The position numbers and the translations under genes are program-made. DNA of 64,000 nucleotides. Origin: Escherichia phage MIZ4. Location: the sequence record OR167180. One strand, given 5' to 3'. This document shows, one piece after another, positions 17,325 to 25,441 of the stretch; the stretch's first letter is position 1; every line of letters begins with the position of its first letter. The notes beneath the pieces are model-generated. The model searched no databases, was not told the DNA's origin, and saw only the letters and a list, made by a program, of their open reading frames with translations.

Positions 17325-18557
17325 TTATACTGCCATTTGAGCTGTGATTGCTGGATGGCTTTGATAGTTGTGAATTTTAAAGTCTTTCGGAGTCTTTGTC
17401 AATACCTCATCTAAAGATTTAAATTCCGGCAACTCAATTGTTGGTTTATCAAACGGAACACGGCTTAACTGTTCCATAACTTGATCAAAATGGTTTTTGT
17501 AAATGTGAGTATCTCCACCAGAGAAAATCAGTTCTCCTACCTCAAGATCACACATTTTCGCTATGATGTGAGTTAACAGCGCATAGCTGGCAACATTAAA
17601 GGGCAAGCCCAAAAAGCTGTCTACGCTTCGCTGAAACCACATACAAGACAATTTACCTTCATTGACATAGAATTGCACGAAAGGATGACATACACCTAAT
17701 ACAGCATTATGTGTTCCTTGTACGTTCCATGAGTCAATAATGATCCGGCGATCCGTTGGATTGTTTTTAATTTGTTCAATCACGTTTTGTAACTGGTCTT
17801 CCCAAATCTTCGGGCGATAGACATATTCTTCATCGTCTTTAGTGCTCGATGTGTCTACGTCCATACTAGCAAAGATCGTGGTATCTGGTGCTAAAATATC
17901 CCCACCCAGATAATCACTATCAAGTAGATAACCGAAATAACCATCATCTACCCATTCCTGGAATCCCCACAAGCAATATGCATCATTAACAAAATTAGAT
18001 TGAGTCTTCCAGTGATCTGCTACTAAGAATTGATTATATTCAGAATCAAACTCTTCATAACGCATACCACGCCAGATAGCACATAAACGGTCTTCTGTTT
18101 CATTGGTTGGAGTAAAGTCTTCTACCCACGGGTGCTTAAATGTATGTGTATATTTGCTCTTAACGCGCTTAATTTTGATTTCACCGTGTGGATGAATCGG
18201 TTTGCGTCGCCACGCCATACCATACATATTGCCGACATTATAACCATTGAATCGCAAAGGATTCTTTTCTTTCATATCAAGACAGTTACCGCGCCAAATG
18301 TCGAAGGCTTCTTCGTCAAACTGTCCGCGTGTAATTTCCTGTAAGCGACGGCGGTCAAGTGATCCCTCCATAAACCATAGCAATTCGCCAATTACAGAGG
18401 CTGTAGCCATCTTTTTAGTTGTCAGTAATGGAAAACCCTTGCTTAAGTCAATTCGCATCTCTGCGCCGAATTTAGAGAGCGTACCTACCCCCGTGCGGTC
18501 TTCACGAGGCCAGCCATTATCAAGAACATCACGCAATAGTTTCAAATATTCTTTCAT
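17325..18557 (-). CDS. td: thymidylate synthase family protein with ~125-aa insertion in the small domain; no intron
   Basis: ORF track; DRTGVGT, catalytic CHPFVQFYV, RSVDSFLGLPFNVASYALLTH; insertion between YGMAWR and DQLQNV. Confidence 0.85.
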   Translation of the reverse strand: MKEYLKLLRDVLDNGWPREDRTGVGTLSKFGAEMRIDLSKGFPLLTTKKMATASVIGELLWFMEGSLDRRRLQEITRGQFDEEAFDIWRGNCLDMKEKNPLRFNGYNVGNMYGMAWRRKPIHPHGEIKIKRVKSKYTHTFKHPWVEDFTPTNETEDRLCAIWRGMRYEEFDSEYNQFLVADHWKTQSNFVNDAYCLWGFQEWVDDGYFGYLLDSDYLGGDILAPDTTIFASMDVDTSSTKDDEEYVYRPKIWEDQLQNVIEQIKNNPTDRRIIIDSWNVQGTHNAVLGVCHPFVQFYVNEGKLSCMWFQRSVDSFLGLPFNVASYALLTHIIAKMCDLEVGELIFSGGDTHIYKNHFDQVMEQLSRVPFDKPTIELPEFKSLDEVLTKTPKDFKIHNYQSHPAITAQMAV

Positions 18558-18798
18558 CCCACATCACCTTTTTCTTATTGATTGCTTTCTTACGCAGTTT
18601 TGCTACTGTCTCGTCAATATCGATAAAGACAACGCCACGGTCGAATATAGTAGCAGGTCTTGAGATATCGCTATTTTCTTGCACAGGAAGCCATGATGCG
18701 CTCGCTTCATCATAGAGATATTGTAAACCGTAATAATCTACGGCTACTGCGTAGTTTTCACTGGTAGCCGTCCATAATTGAATAATACCGACTTTCAT
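18529..18798 (-). CDS. hypothetical protein (89 aa)
   Basis: ORF track 18529..18825 trimmed to ATG 18796-18798. Confidence 0.4.
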   Translation of the reverse strand: MKVGIIQLWTATSENYAVAVDYYGLQYLYDEASASWLPVQENSDISRPATIFDRGVVFIDIDETVAKLRKKAINKKKVMWDERIFETIA

Positions 18799-18800
18799 TA

Positions 18801-18890
18801 TTGTTCCCGTCCGCAATGTAAGCACCGACTACCAGCAAACATCAAAGATTCACCACAATGTTTGCACTCATAATCTGTAAGAATTTTCAT
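18801..18890 (-). CDS. zinc-ribbon mini-protein (30 aa)
   Basis: hand-translated MKILTDYECKHCGESLMFAGSRCLHCGREQ; two CxxC pairs; below ORF-track cutoff. Confidence 0.3.
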
Positions 18891-18891
18891 G

Positions 18892-19473
18892 TTACGCCTT
18901 CTTACGTTCTAAAATTTGTTCGCTGATCAGGTAATTATCAAGGAAGTAATTATGTTCTTCTTTGGTTACAAAGTCAAAATACAATTCCTGAATCATTTCC
19001 TTAGAGATACCAACATCATATTCAAATGGATCGTTGATCCCTGAACGTTGAACATACGTTAACACAATACGGTCCGCAAAGTCAACCGCTTTTTCAATCA
19101 GGGAAGGTCCGCCAATAACGCTTACCAAACCTTGCAATTTCTCTATGACTTCTAATAATTCCTTCAATCCACCATCATTAGTAATCGCGGTATACACATC
19201 TGGTTGGTCGCCGTTTTTTGCTTTCGGTGCTGGCTTACTGGTATCGGTGCTAACAACCACATTCACACGACCTTCCAGTGCTTTAGGGAGACTTTCAAAG
19301 GTATTACGTCCCATTACAACCGCCGCAAGTTCAACATCTCCCATAGTGCGCATTTTAAAGTTTTCCATGTCCTTTTTAATTGGACGCCCCCAGGGTAAAC
19401 CGCCTTTAAAACCAAAAGCCCAATTTTCATCTGACATTTTAGTGTCACCAATAGCAAATACACATTGAATCAT
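18892..19473 (-). CDS. frd: dihydrofolate reductase
   Basis: ORF track; GGLPWGR and VVMGRNTFESLP motifs; 193 aa as in T4. Confidence 0.9.
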   Translation of the reverse strand: MIQCVFAIGDTKMSDENWAFGFKGGLPWGRPIKKDMENFKMRTMGDVELAAVVMGRNTFESLPKALEGRVNVVVSTDTSKPAPKAKNGDQPDVYTAITNDGGLKELLEVIEKLQGLVSVIGGPSLIEKAVDFADRIVLTYVQRSGINDPFEYDVGISKEMIQELYFDFVTKEEHNYFLDNYLISEQILERKKA

Positions 19474-19488
19474 AATATAAATCTCCCA

Positions 19489-19818
19489 TCAAATCAGTTT
19501 GAAATAGTTTTCGTTTACATTTTCTTCTGTGATTGCTGTCTTAAATTCTTGACCGTTATCCGGTGTGATGAAATAACGGTCAGAATAATCACGAAAACGT
19601 TTTAAGTGAGATACCCCAACATTAACACCATTTTCCCAAAAACGAAAGGTAATCATTTTTGGTTCATATCGATAGTCGCTGGTTAACACAGTACCATCCC
19701 CGCGACGGGCTTCATAAACCGTAATACATTCACGGTTAGCGGCTTTAAGGCATTCTTCAATAGTTCCGCACGAGATAATACTTACTTTTTCATCTACGAT
19801 TTGTTCTACAGTCCACAT
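19489..19818 (-). CDS. hypothetical protein
   Basis: ORF track 19489..19851 trimmed to ATG with GAGGA RBS. Confidence 0.45.
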   Translation of the reverse strand: MWTVEQIVDEKVSIISCGTIEECLKAANRECITVYEARRGDGTVLTSDYRYEPKMITFRFWENGVNVGVSHLKRFRDYSDRYFITPDNGQEFKTAITEENVNENYFKLI

Positions 19819-19840
19819 AATATAATCCTCTCTTTGTTTC

Positions 19841-19877
19841 GATATGTGCATTATACACTATTGCGTTACGCTGTCAA
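19841..19877 (-). promoter_or_regulatory. early promoter (TTGACA / TATAAT-like)
   Basis: read directly on minus strand. Confidence 0.4.
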
Positions 19878-20423
19878 CTCTTTTTCAAAAGATTTTACGA
19901 TATACATTAAATTTCTAATTTCGGACGGTGGGATTGTCTCTGTCCACCCGTCCGGCATAACTTTTTGCGATACGTGGTGTGTTTTATTACTAAGTTTTTG
20001 TCGAACAATACCCTCTAATTTTAGGGGTATGTTTCCATCTTTAGTTGTTAGCGTATGGAATATAAAGTGACGAACGGAAGACACGCTGGATTGCTGTTTC
20101 ATCCTTTCCTCGGCTTTTTTGTTGGTGATTCCGAACTTATACCCGACAATACAGCCCCAATTATCAACCAGTTTTTGTATATAAAAGGTTCCTGGTTTTC
20201 TTTTATCATAACCTCCTTTTTGAGTGGGACATTTCGGACACTGCATATCATCTAAAGATGCGACATATTTGCCATGAACGCAGCAATCCATACTTAGATT
20301 CTTTTCTCTTGCATTAATATACCCATTAATAAATCCATTGGATTTTACTTTTTCATTATGAGAACAAAATTCATCAATTCGTATATTTGCTGATATAACA
20401 TTTTTTCTTCTCATTCGTTCCAT
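19866..20423 (-). CDS. zinc-finger protein with T5orf172/GIY-YIG-like motif
   Basis: ORF track; Cys/His cluster N-terminally, then GTFYIQKL...GYKFGITNKKAEERM. Confidence 0.45.
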   Translation of the reverse strand: MERMRRKNVISANIRIDEFCSHNEKVKSNGFINGYINAREKNLSMDCCVHGKYVASLDDMQCPKCPTQKGGYDKRKPGTFYIQKLVDNWGCIVGYKFGITNKKAEERMKQQSSVSSVRHFIFHTLTTKDGNIPLKLEGIVRQKLSNKTHHVSQKVMPDGWTETIPPSEIRNLMYIVKSFEKELTA

Positions 20424-20701
20424 CCAACATTCTTGGCAACCACCTCCCCCATTTTTAAGTATATCGATCGTGGTTAATTTTTTGCTTGTGATTTGGATTT
20501 AATCCACAAGCAATTTTAATTTTAGATCGTACACCGGACCACTCATAGAATCCCAAATATATCATATCTCCGCTTTTTATTTTTGGTGAATTTAATGCTT
20601 CATTTCAATCTCAATTGGAGATTTTGAATTATAGTAATGGATATATTCTATATCTTTAGCAAATCTGGTGTTCATTTTGTCCTCCGTTGTTTCGATGTGT
20701 G

Positions 20702-20730
20702 TATTATACATTACCACATCAGCACGTCAA
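20702..20730 (-). promoter_or_regulatory. early promoter-like cassette (TTGACG) with no clear downstream gene
   Basis: read directly; only a 27-codon ORF follows. Confidence 0.3.
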
Positions 20731-20792
20731 CACCTTTTTCATAAAATTTTAGGCAATAAAAAAGCCTCCCCGAAGGGAGGCTATAAAATTCA

Positions 20793-21767
20793 TTACATCG
20801 CTAACAGAGAGTCCAGGTCATCCAGATCAGAAGCGGAGGAAGTACCGCCACCCAGGTCCAGAGATGCCATCAGGTCATCAGCGGAAGAATCTAACGCAGT
20901 GCTAGCTGCGTTAATACCAACTACAGTGCTAGCTGCGGTAGTACCAGCGTCGAATGCATTCATCTGTGCGTCAAAATCATCAAGCTGGCTGTTAATCGCT
21001 GCCGCAGCACTGGAAGCCGCAGCACCAGCTACCATAGAAACGCCCATAGTTTTCTTAAATTTGGTTTCCAGTTCATCGAACGGTTTAAACTGGCTAGGCG
21101 CTACAATCTCACTCAGATCAACCATGTTTTCCATCAGATATTTCTGATATGCTTCGTCTTCAATCTTCGGAAGCTGTGATTGCTGCATGAAACGAGAATC
21201 ATCATAGTTCTGGTGTTTATCAACCTTCTTAGCTTTCAGGAGGAAGTTAGCACCGGAGAACACACAAGTTACATCTACCGGAACTTCGCCCATGTCGGTA
21301 TTCACGTTCACCATTGCAACGATCTTATCATAAATTTTCTGACCGAAGCGGAATTTGAATACTTTACCTTCATTTTCTGGTGCTTGAGGATCTTTCAGTA
21401 CCAGAATGTTTGCGTAGTAAGACGCTTTACGCTTAATCAGTTGCCATTCGGTTTTATCGGTATTGTATAGGTCTTTTTCGTTAATATATTTGCACACAGG
21501 GCAAGAATCAAAATCACCGTGGGTGCTTGAGCAGTTTTCCCAATACCATTTGCCATTAACTTTGAAGGAATGGTTTACCAGTTTCACAATCGGCAGACCG
21601 TCTTCTGTCTTAGACGGCAGGAAGCGAATCAGGGCTTCACCGTTACCTGCTGCATCAGTCTTAATCTTCCACTCTTTCGGATCTTCTTTGGAGAAACCGT
21701 TGCCACCTTTCAGTGCGGCCAGTTGAGCTTGCAGTTTGGAGCTATCTTGACGACGAAACATGTTCAT
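20793..21767 (-). CDS. 32: single-stranded DNA-binding protein
   Basis: ORF track; ALIRFLPSK, zinc-binding H/C cluster ([16 protein letters not shown]), acidic C-terminus. Confidence 0.93.
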   Translation of the reverse strand: MNMFRRQDSSKLQAQLAALKGGNGFSKEDPKEWKIKTDAAGNGEALIRFLPSKTEDGLPIVKLVNHSFKVNGKWYWENCSSTHGDFDSCPVCKYINEKDLYNTDKTEWQLIKRKASYYANILVLKDPQAPENEGKVFKFRFGQKIYDKIVAMVNVNTDMGEVPVDVTCVFSGANFLLKAKKVDKHQNYDDSRFMQQSQLPKIEDEAYQKYLMENMVDLSEIVAPSQFKPFDELETKFKKTMGVSMVAGAAASSAAAAINSQLDDFDAQMNAFDAGTTAASTVVGINAASTALDSSADDLMASLDLGGGTSSASDLDDLDSLLAM

Positions 21768-21827
21768 AATTATACCTCTTTATACATTAACTATTGATTA
21801 ATTTACGTTTTATACTATATCAGATAC

Positions 21828-22424
21828 TTAATTGCTTGTCAATACTTTATCAATTATATCTAACAGTTTTGGCTTTCTATTTTCAAATTCTAACATCTCT
21901 TCGGGAGAAATGTCAACTACTTCTGTTTTGTTGAAAAAGTTTGGGTCTATAGCATCAGCAACAAAGTTTCTCGCAAGTGCTGCCGCTTTCTCATGAACAT
22001 ATATTCCCAAATATATCAACTTCTTTCTTTCGACCTGAATATTGGCAACATATTTACCATCTCGTTTATAAAGACTAACACCGATATATTCAGACGATCG
22101 ACCTTTCTGTTTACCCATATTTCTTGAGTTTTGTTGCTCGTTCGCATCTCTCAAGTTTTCAATCCGATTATCTGTTATAATTCGGTTAACATGGTCAACG
22201 TATTTTGGCATGTATCCATGATGCATAAAGAAAATTATTCTATGCTCTTTATGATGTTTACCATCGATACACACCAATCTGTATCCATGACTAGGATTAA
22301 CTCCACCCGCTCTAGATCCGACTTTATGCTTTCTGTTTGTCGATATCTTGCGAATCAGCTTACCGTTATCATATTTAAAGAGTTCATGACAACGAGCATA
22401 CAATTCAGGATCATATGTTTTCAC
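21828..22424 (-). CDS. HNH (HNH_3-type) + AP2-domain homing endonuclease
   Basis: ORF track; GYRLVCIDGKHHKEHRIIF...VDHVNRIITDNRIENLR; AP2-like SEYIGVSLYKRDGKYVANI; sits between 32 and 59. Confidence 0.7.
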   Translation of the reverse strand: MKTYDPELYARCHELFKYDNGKLIRKISTNRKHKVGSRAGGVNPSHGYRLVCIDGKHHKEHRIIFFMHHGYMPKYVDHVNRIITDNRIENLRDANEQQNSRNMGKQKGRSSEYIGVSLYKRDGKYVANIQVERKKLIYLGIYVHEKAAALARNFVADAIDPNFFNKTEVVDISPEEMLEFENRKPKLLDIIDKVLTSN

Positions 22425-23088
22425 CTTTTAACCTCGATATTTCTTTACACTCTTTAACTACTTTAACAAATAATGCTCTTGCTTTTGCGGCGTCAATAAC
22501 AAGTAGTTTCTTGTACGCCTTCATTTTAACACTATAAGTTTGCCAAATCAAGTCTTTGGCTACCTTGTCGTGTTCGTCGATTATATTTAGAAAGCTATCT
22601 AACAACATAAACGACTCAAACGATATAATCCGATTTTGCAGTAGTTTAAAGATACCGCTAGTTTCGGTTGCAGGATTATATGTAATTAGCTCTTTAAGAG
22701 TAACCCCGCGTTTCTCGGAGAAGTATACCAGACTTTTAATGTCATCGTCAAATCTTGTTGCTGCATCGGTTATCTTTCCTATGTATTCCATATAAAAGCC
22801 GTATGCGTCAACATCAGTGATTTCCCCTACCCATGCATCGGTATTAGCTGCCAGATTGCTTAGGAATAGGAAGTATAGTTCTCTTAGATTGTACTTTTCC
22901 GCTAATTTTGCGAAATAATACTTATCTCTGCGTTTATTGAATGCGGCATCAGACAACCGCATCCTCCAATTGTATTTTACGCAATCATAACGCCCGTTCA
23001 TATGAGCTTTCATCATGCAATATAACATATACACAGATTTAGCATTAATTCGCATATCTGGATCTGGAGGAAGACGGTTTCTGATCAT
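22411..23088 (-). CDS. 59: helicase loader
   Basis: ORF track; collinear with T4 gp59 (SVYMLYCMMKAHMNGRYDCVKYNW, ISFESFMLLDSFLNIIDEHD). Confidence 0.92.
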   Translation of the reverse strand: MIRNRLPPDPDMRINAKSVYMLYCMMKAHMNGRYDCVKYNWRMRLSDAAFNKRRDKYYFAKLAEKYNLRELYFLFLSNLAANTDAWVGEITDVDAYGFYMEYIGKITDAATRFDDDIKSLVYFSEKRGVTLKELITYNPATETSGIFKLLQNRIISFESFMLLDSFLNIIDEHDKVAKDLIWQTYSVKMKAYKKLLVIDAAKARALFVKVVKECKEISRLKGENI

Positions 23089-23097
23089 ACATACCCC

Positions 23098-23367
23098 TTA
23101 AATATCGAGAGTGTTGGTCGGTTCGTCGATCACTCCCTTCCTGAGCGTTCTATTTACTATACATTCTTGTGTGATCTTGTCAATAATGGACACCGGAATA
23201 TACTTCTGATAGTGACCATATTCTATAGAGTTTTCCTCTACAAACTGAGTTGTCGCTTCAAGATAAGTCAATCCCTCTTCAACAACCAGTTTTTCGATTG
23301 CAAGACCGTTTGCTGTTTTGTTCGCGGCTTTTACCGCATGTTCATTAAGCATTGAACACCCGATCAT
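23098..23367 (-). CDS. 33: late transcription accessory protein gp33 (synteny-based)
   Basis: ORF track; position between 59 and dsbA. Confidence 0.5.
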   Translation of the reverse strand: MIGCSMLNEHAVKAANKTANGLAIEKLVVEEGLTYLEATTQFVEENSIEYGHYQKYIPVSIIDKITQECIVNRTLRKGVIDEPTNTLDI

Positions 23368-23620
23368 AGAGTTCTACCGCTTCATCGCGTTCTGCTTCGA
23401 AGGTTTCGCGCTGTTGCTGGTGATACAGTTTAAACAGAATGCCCCACATTTTACCATCTACGCCTAATTCTTCTTTAGCACGCTGCTTGATCTCTTTGAT
23501 CTTATCGCCATATGCTTCTTGAATGGTTTTCTGATCGCTGGCTTCTTTAATCAGTTGTGCCAGGGTATTTCCGTGCACTGCTTCGTCAAATACTACTTTT
23601 TCTTTTTTCTGTTCAGTCAT
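23345..23620 (-). CDS. dsbA: dsDNA-binding protein DsbA (synteny-based)
   Basis: ORF track; size and position. Confidence 0.5.
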   Translation of the reverse strand: MTEQKKEKVVFDEAVHGNTLAQLIKEASDQKTIQEAYGDKIKEIKQRAKEELGVDGKMWGILFKLYHQQQRETFEAERDEAVELYDRVFNA

Positions 23621-23624
23621 AATA

Positions 23625-24221
23625 TTAACCCTCTTTCGTCATTAATTGAAAACCACGTTCAGCTTTTGAGATTTCGCTAGGACGTAAATCGTCACCCACA
23701 TATTCTAGCATCATTTCTCGTATAATGTCAAGTGCTTTTTCATCACCTGATTTTAACTCGAACTCAAGTTCATAGTGAGCATCTCCCATGACTTCGCCGA
23801 CTTTGCAATAATAGAAAGTGTCTTTGCACATTTCCACTATAGCACCCTCAAGGTCAAGTGTCAATGACTTGCGGTATGTCATTACTTGCAATAAAGGAAC
23901 GATAAGGTCGGAGTTTACGCCTAGACTATCAACATAGTGATAGAAATCATCCATTGTTGAAAAGGTAATTTCTTCTCGGTTGAATAGTCCAGATTCACTA
24001 TCACCTATTTTGACCATGATCAATGATCTATTAACGTCAAGTCGAGCATAAATTCCTTTTCGACGCAGTGCATGATCTTCGGTATCATAATAAAATTCGT
24101 GTTTTATAATGTTATCACGGTCTACGATATTATAACCGTCATACATTGCCACCCACAAATCACAGATGGTTTCGACGCCAATTTGTGAGTGTGCATAGTA
24201 TTTTAATTCAAGTTCTTTCAT
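23625..24221 (-). CDS. CYTH-like (triphosphate tunnel metalloenzyme / class IV adenylate cyclase-like) protein
   Basis: ORF track; N-terminal ELELKY (ExExK) and C-terminal YELEFELK strands with intervening conserved R/E. Confidence 0.5.
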   Translation of the reverse strand: MKELELKYYAHSQIGVETICDLWVAMYDGYNIVDRDNIIKHEFYYDTEDHALRRKGIYARLDVNRSLIMVKIGDSESGLFNREEITFSTMDDFYHYVDSLGVNSDLIVPLLQVMTYRKSLTLDLEGAIVEMCKDTFYYCKVGEVMGDAHYELEFELKSGDEKALDIIREMMLEYVGDDLRPSEISKAERGFQLMTKEG

Positions 24222-24231
24222 GTGTCAACCC

Positions 24232-25179
24232 TTAGAACTCACCAATTTTCTGCAACATTTTAACTAACGCATTTGTTACAAAATAGTTATAAATTTTACC
24301 GCGTGGTGCTGGTTTAGATTTTTCCCATGACTCCAGAATCTGATTCTGAATATCATCTGGGATGTAATCGAAATCAATAAGTTCGCGGTTTTCGTCAAAT
24401 CGTCGTGCTTCTTCCTCTGTCATCAAAGACTTTGGGTCTTCGGCATCGAAAATTTGCTCTAACCATTTGGTTGCAACTGGTTTAGCTCGTTCCCCTTCCA
24501 GTCGAGAGATAATGAAATCACTACGACACTTGACAGAAGCCACACCGTCTTTTGCGTCACCCTTAACACATTTTACCATAAGGTCTTTGTAAGGGCTACC
24601 ATATTTGCATTTCTTCCATGCTTTCTGTACTGGCGCCCACTGTTTCACGTTTTTGTATTTGTGCAACTGTGTGTAGTCACCATCACCTGAGTTGATCAGC
24701 ACCTGGCGACCTTCGACAGAAAACTTTTTAGTTAATACAGCGATTATATCATCTGCTTCAACTTTGTCAACCTTAATAACGTGATAAGGCATGTTCTCTT
24801 TAAACTCTTCGGTGATCTTATTGATCGCAGCAAAGATCATCTCCCAATCACGAGGATCTGCGTCTCGCTTTTCCTTACGGTTGCGTTTATAGTAAGGGGC
24901 GATATCACGTCGCCAGTAACCTTTGCTTGAATCAAAAGCAAGTACCGTAATAGGGTATTGCTCTTTGAATTTTGTCATATTATAACGCATGGTGTCAAGG
25001 ATAAGATGACGGATCATGCCTTCATTAATAGGATCTTCCGGTTTAAAGGTATGCGAGATAGTAGCAATCATAAGCTGCGACATATCAATCAAATGCACAC
25101 CTTCCGGCAGTTTATCTTCTGGATCATCGAAGAAATCATTAAGTGTAGCGGTAGTTTTTGTAAACGGGTTATACGTCAT
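24232..25179 (-). CDS. rnh: RNase H (5'-3' exonuclease, FEN family)
   Basis: ORF track; collinear with T4 RNase H (VKVDKVEADDIIAVL, INSGDGDYTQLHKY, ASVKCRSDF). Confidence 0.92.
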   Translation of the reverse strand: MTYNPFTKTTATLNDFFDDPEDKLPEGVHLIDMSQLMIATISHTFKPEDPINEGMIRHLILDTMRYNMTKFKEQYPITVLAFDSSKGYWRRDIAPYYKRNRKEKRDADPRDWEMIFAAINKITEEFKENMPYHVIKVDKVEADDIIAVLTKKFSVEGRQVLINSGDGDYTQLHKYKNVKQWAPVQKAWKKCKYGSPYKDLMVKCVKGDAKDGVASVKCRSDFIISRLEGERAKPVATKWLEQIFDAEDPKSLMTEEEARRFDENRELIDFDYIPDDIQNQILESWEKSKPAPRGKIYNYFVTNALVKMLQKIGEF

Positions 25180-25181
25180 AA

Positions 25182-25367
25182 TTAAGTTCTCTCCACTCTC
25201 ACAACAACATATTCGCCAAACGAGTTAGATACTTCACGATCATACCCGTATTTCTCCATAACTCGCAGAATTGCATTGTTTAATTCGGCGCGGAAATAAT
25301 TGTAATCCTTATCAGGGATTCTGTCAACTACCCATTTTGCACCGTCTGACAAATCAACTTTAACCAT
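25182..25367 (-). CDS. hypothetical small protein
   Basis: ORF track. Confidence 0.4.
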   Translation of the reverse strand: MVKVDLSDGAKWVVDRIPDKDYNYFRAELNNAILRVMEKYGYDREVSNSFGEYVVVRVERT

Positions 25368-25405
25368 AATATATCATCCTCTTTTGTTTCTATCAAGCCT
25401 TATTT

Positions 25406-25413
25406 TATAAATA
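25406..25413 (+). promoter_or_regulatory. T4-type late promoter TATAAATA upstream of gene 34
   Basis: exact TATAAATA 29 nt upstream of the gene 34 ATG; AAGGAG RBS follows. Confidence 0.7.
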
Positions 25414-25441
25414 TGAACATACTATAAAAGGAGACCCAATA

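Noticed and set aside
17325-18557. Group I intron in td, as I recall for T4
   Set aside because: The td reading frame is continuous across all conserved motifs; the extra length is in-frame protein sequence, not an intron, and it lacks intein boundary residues.
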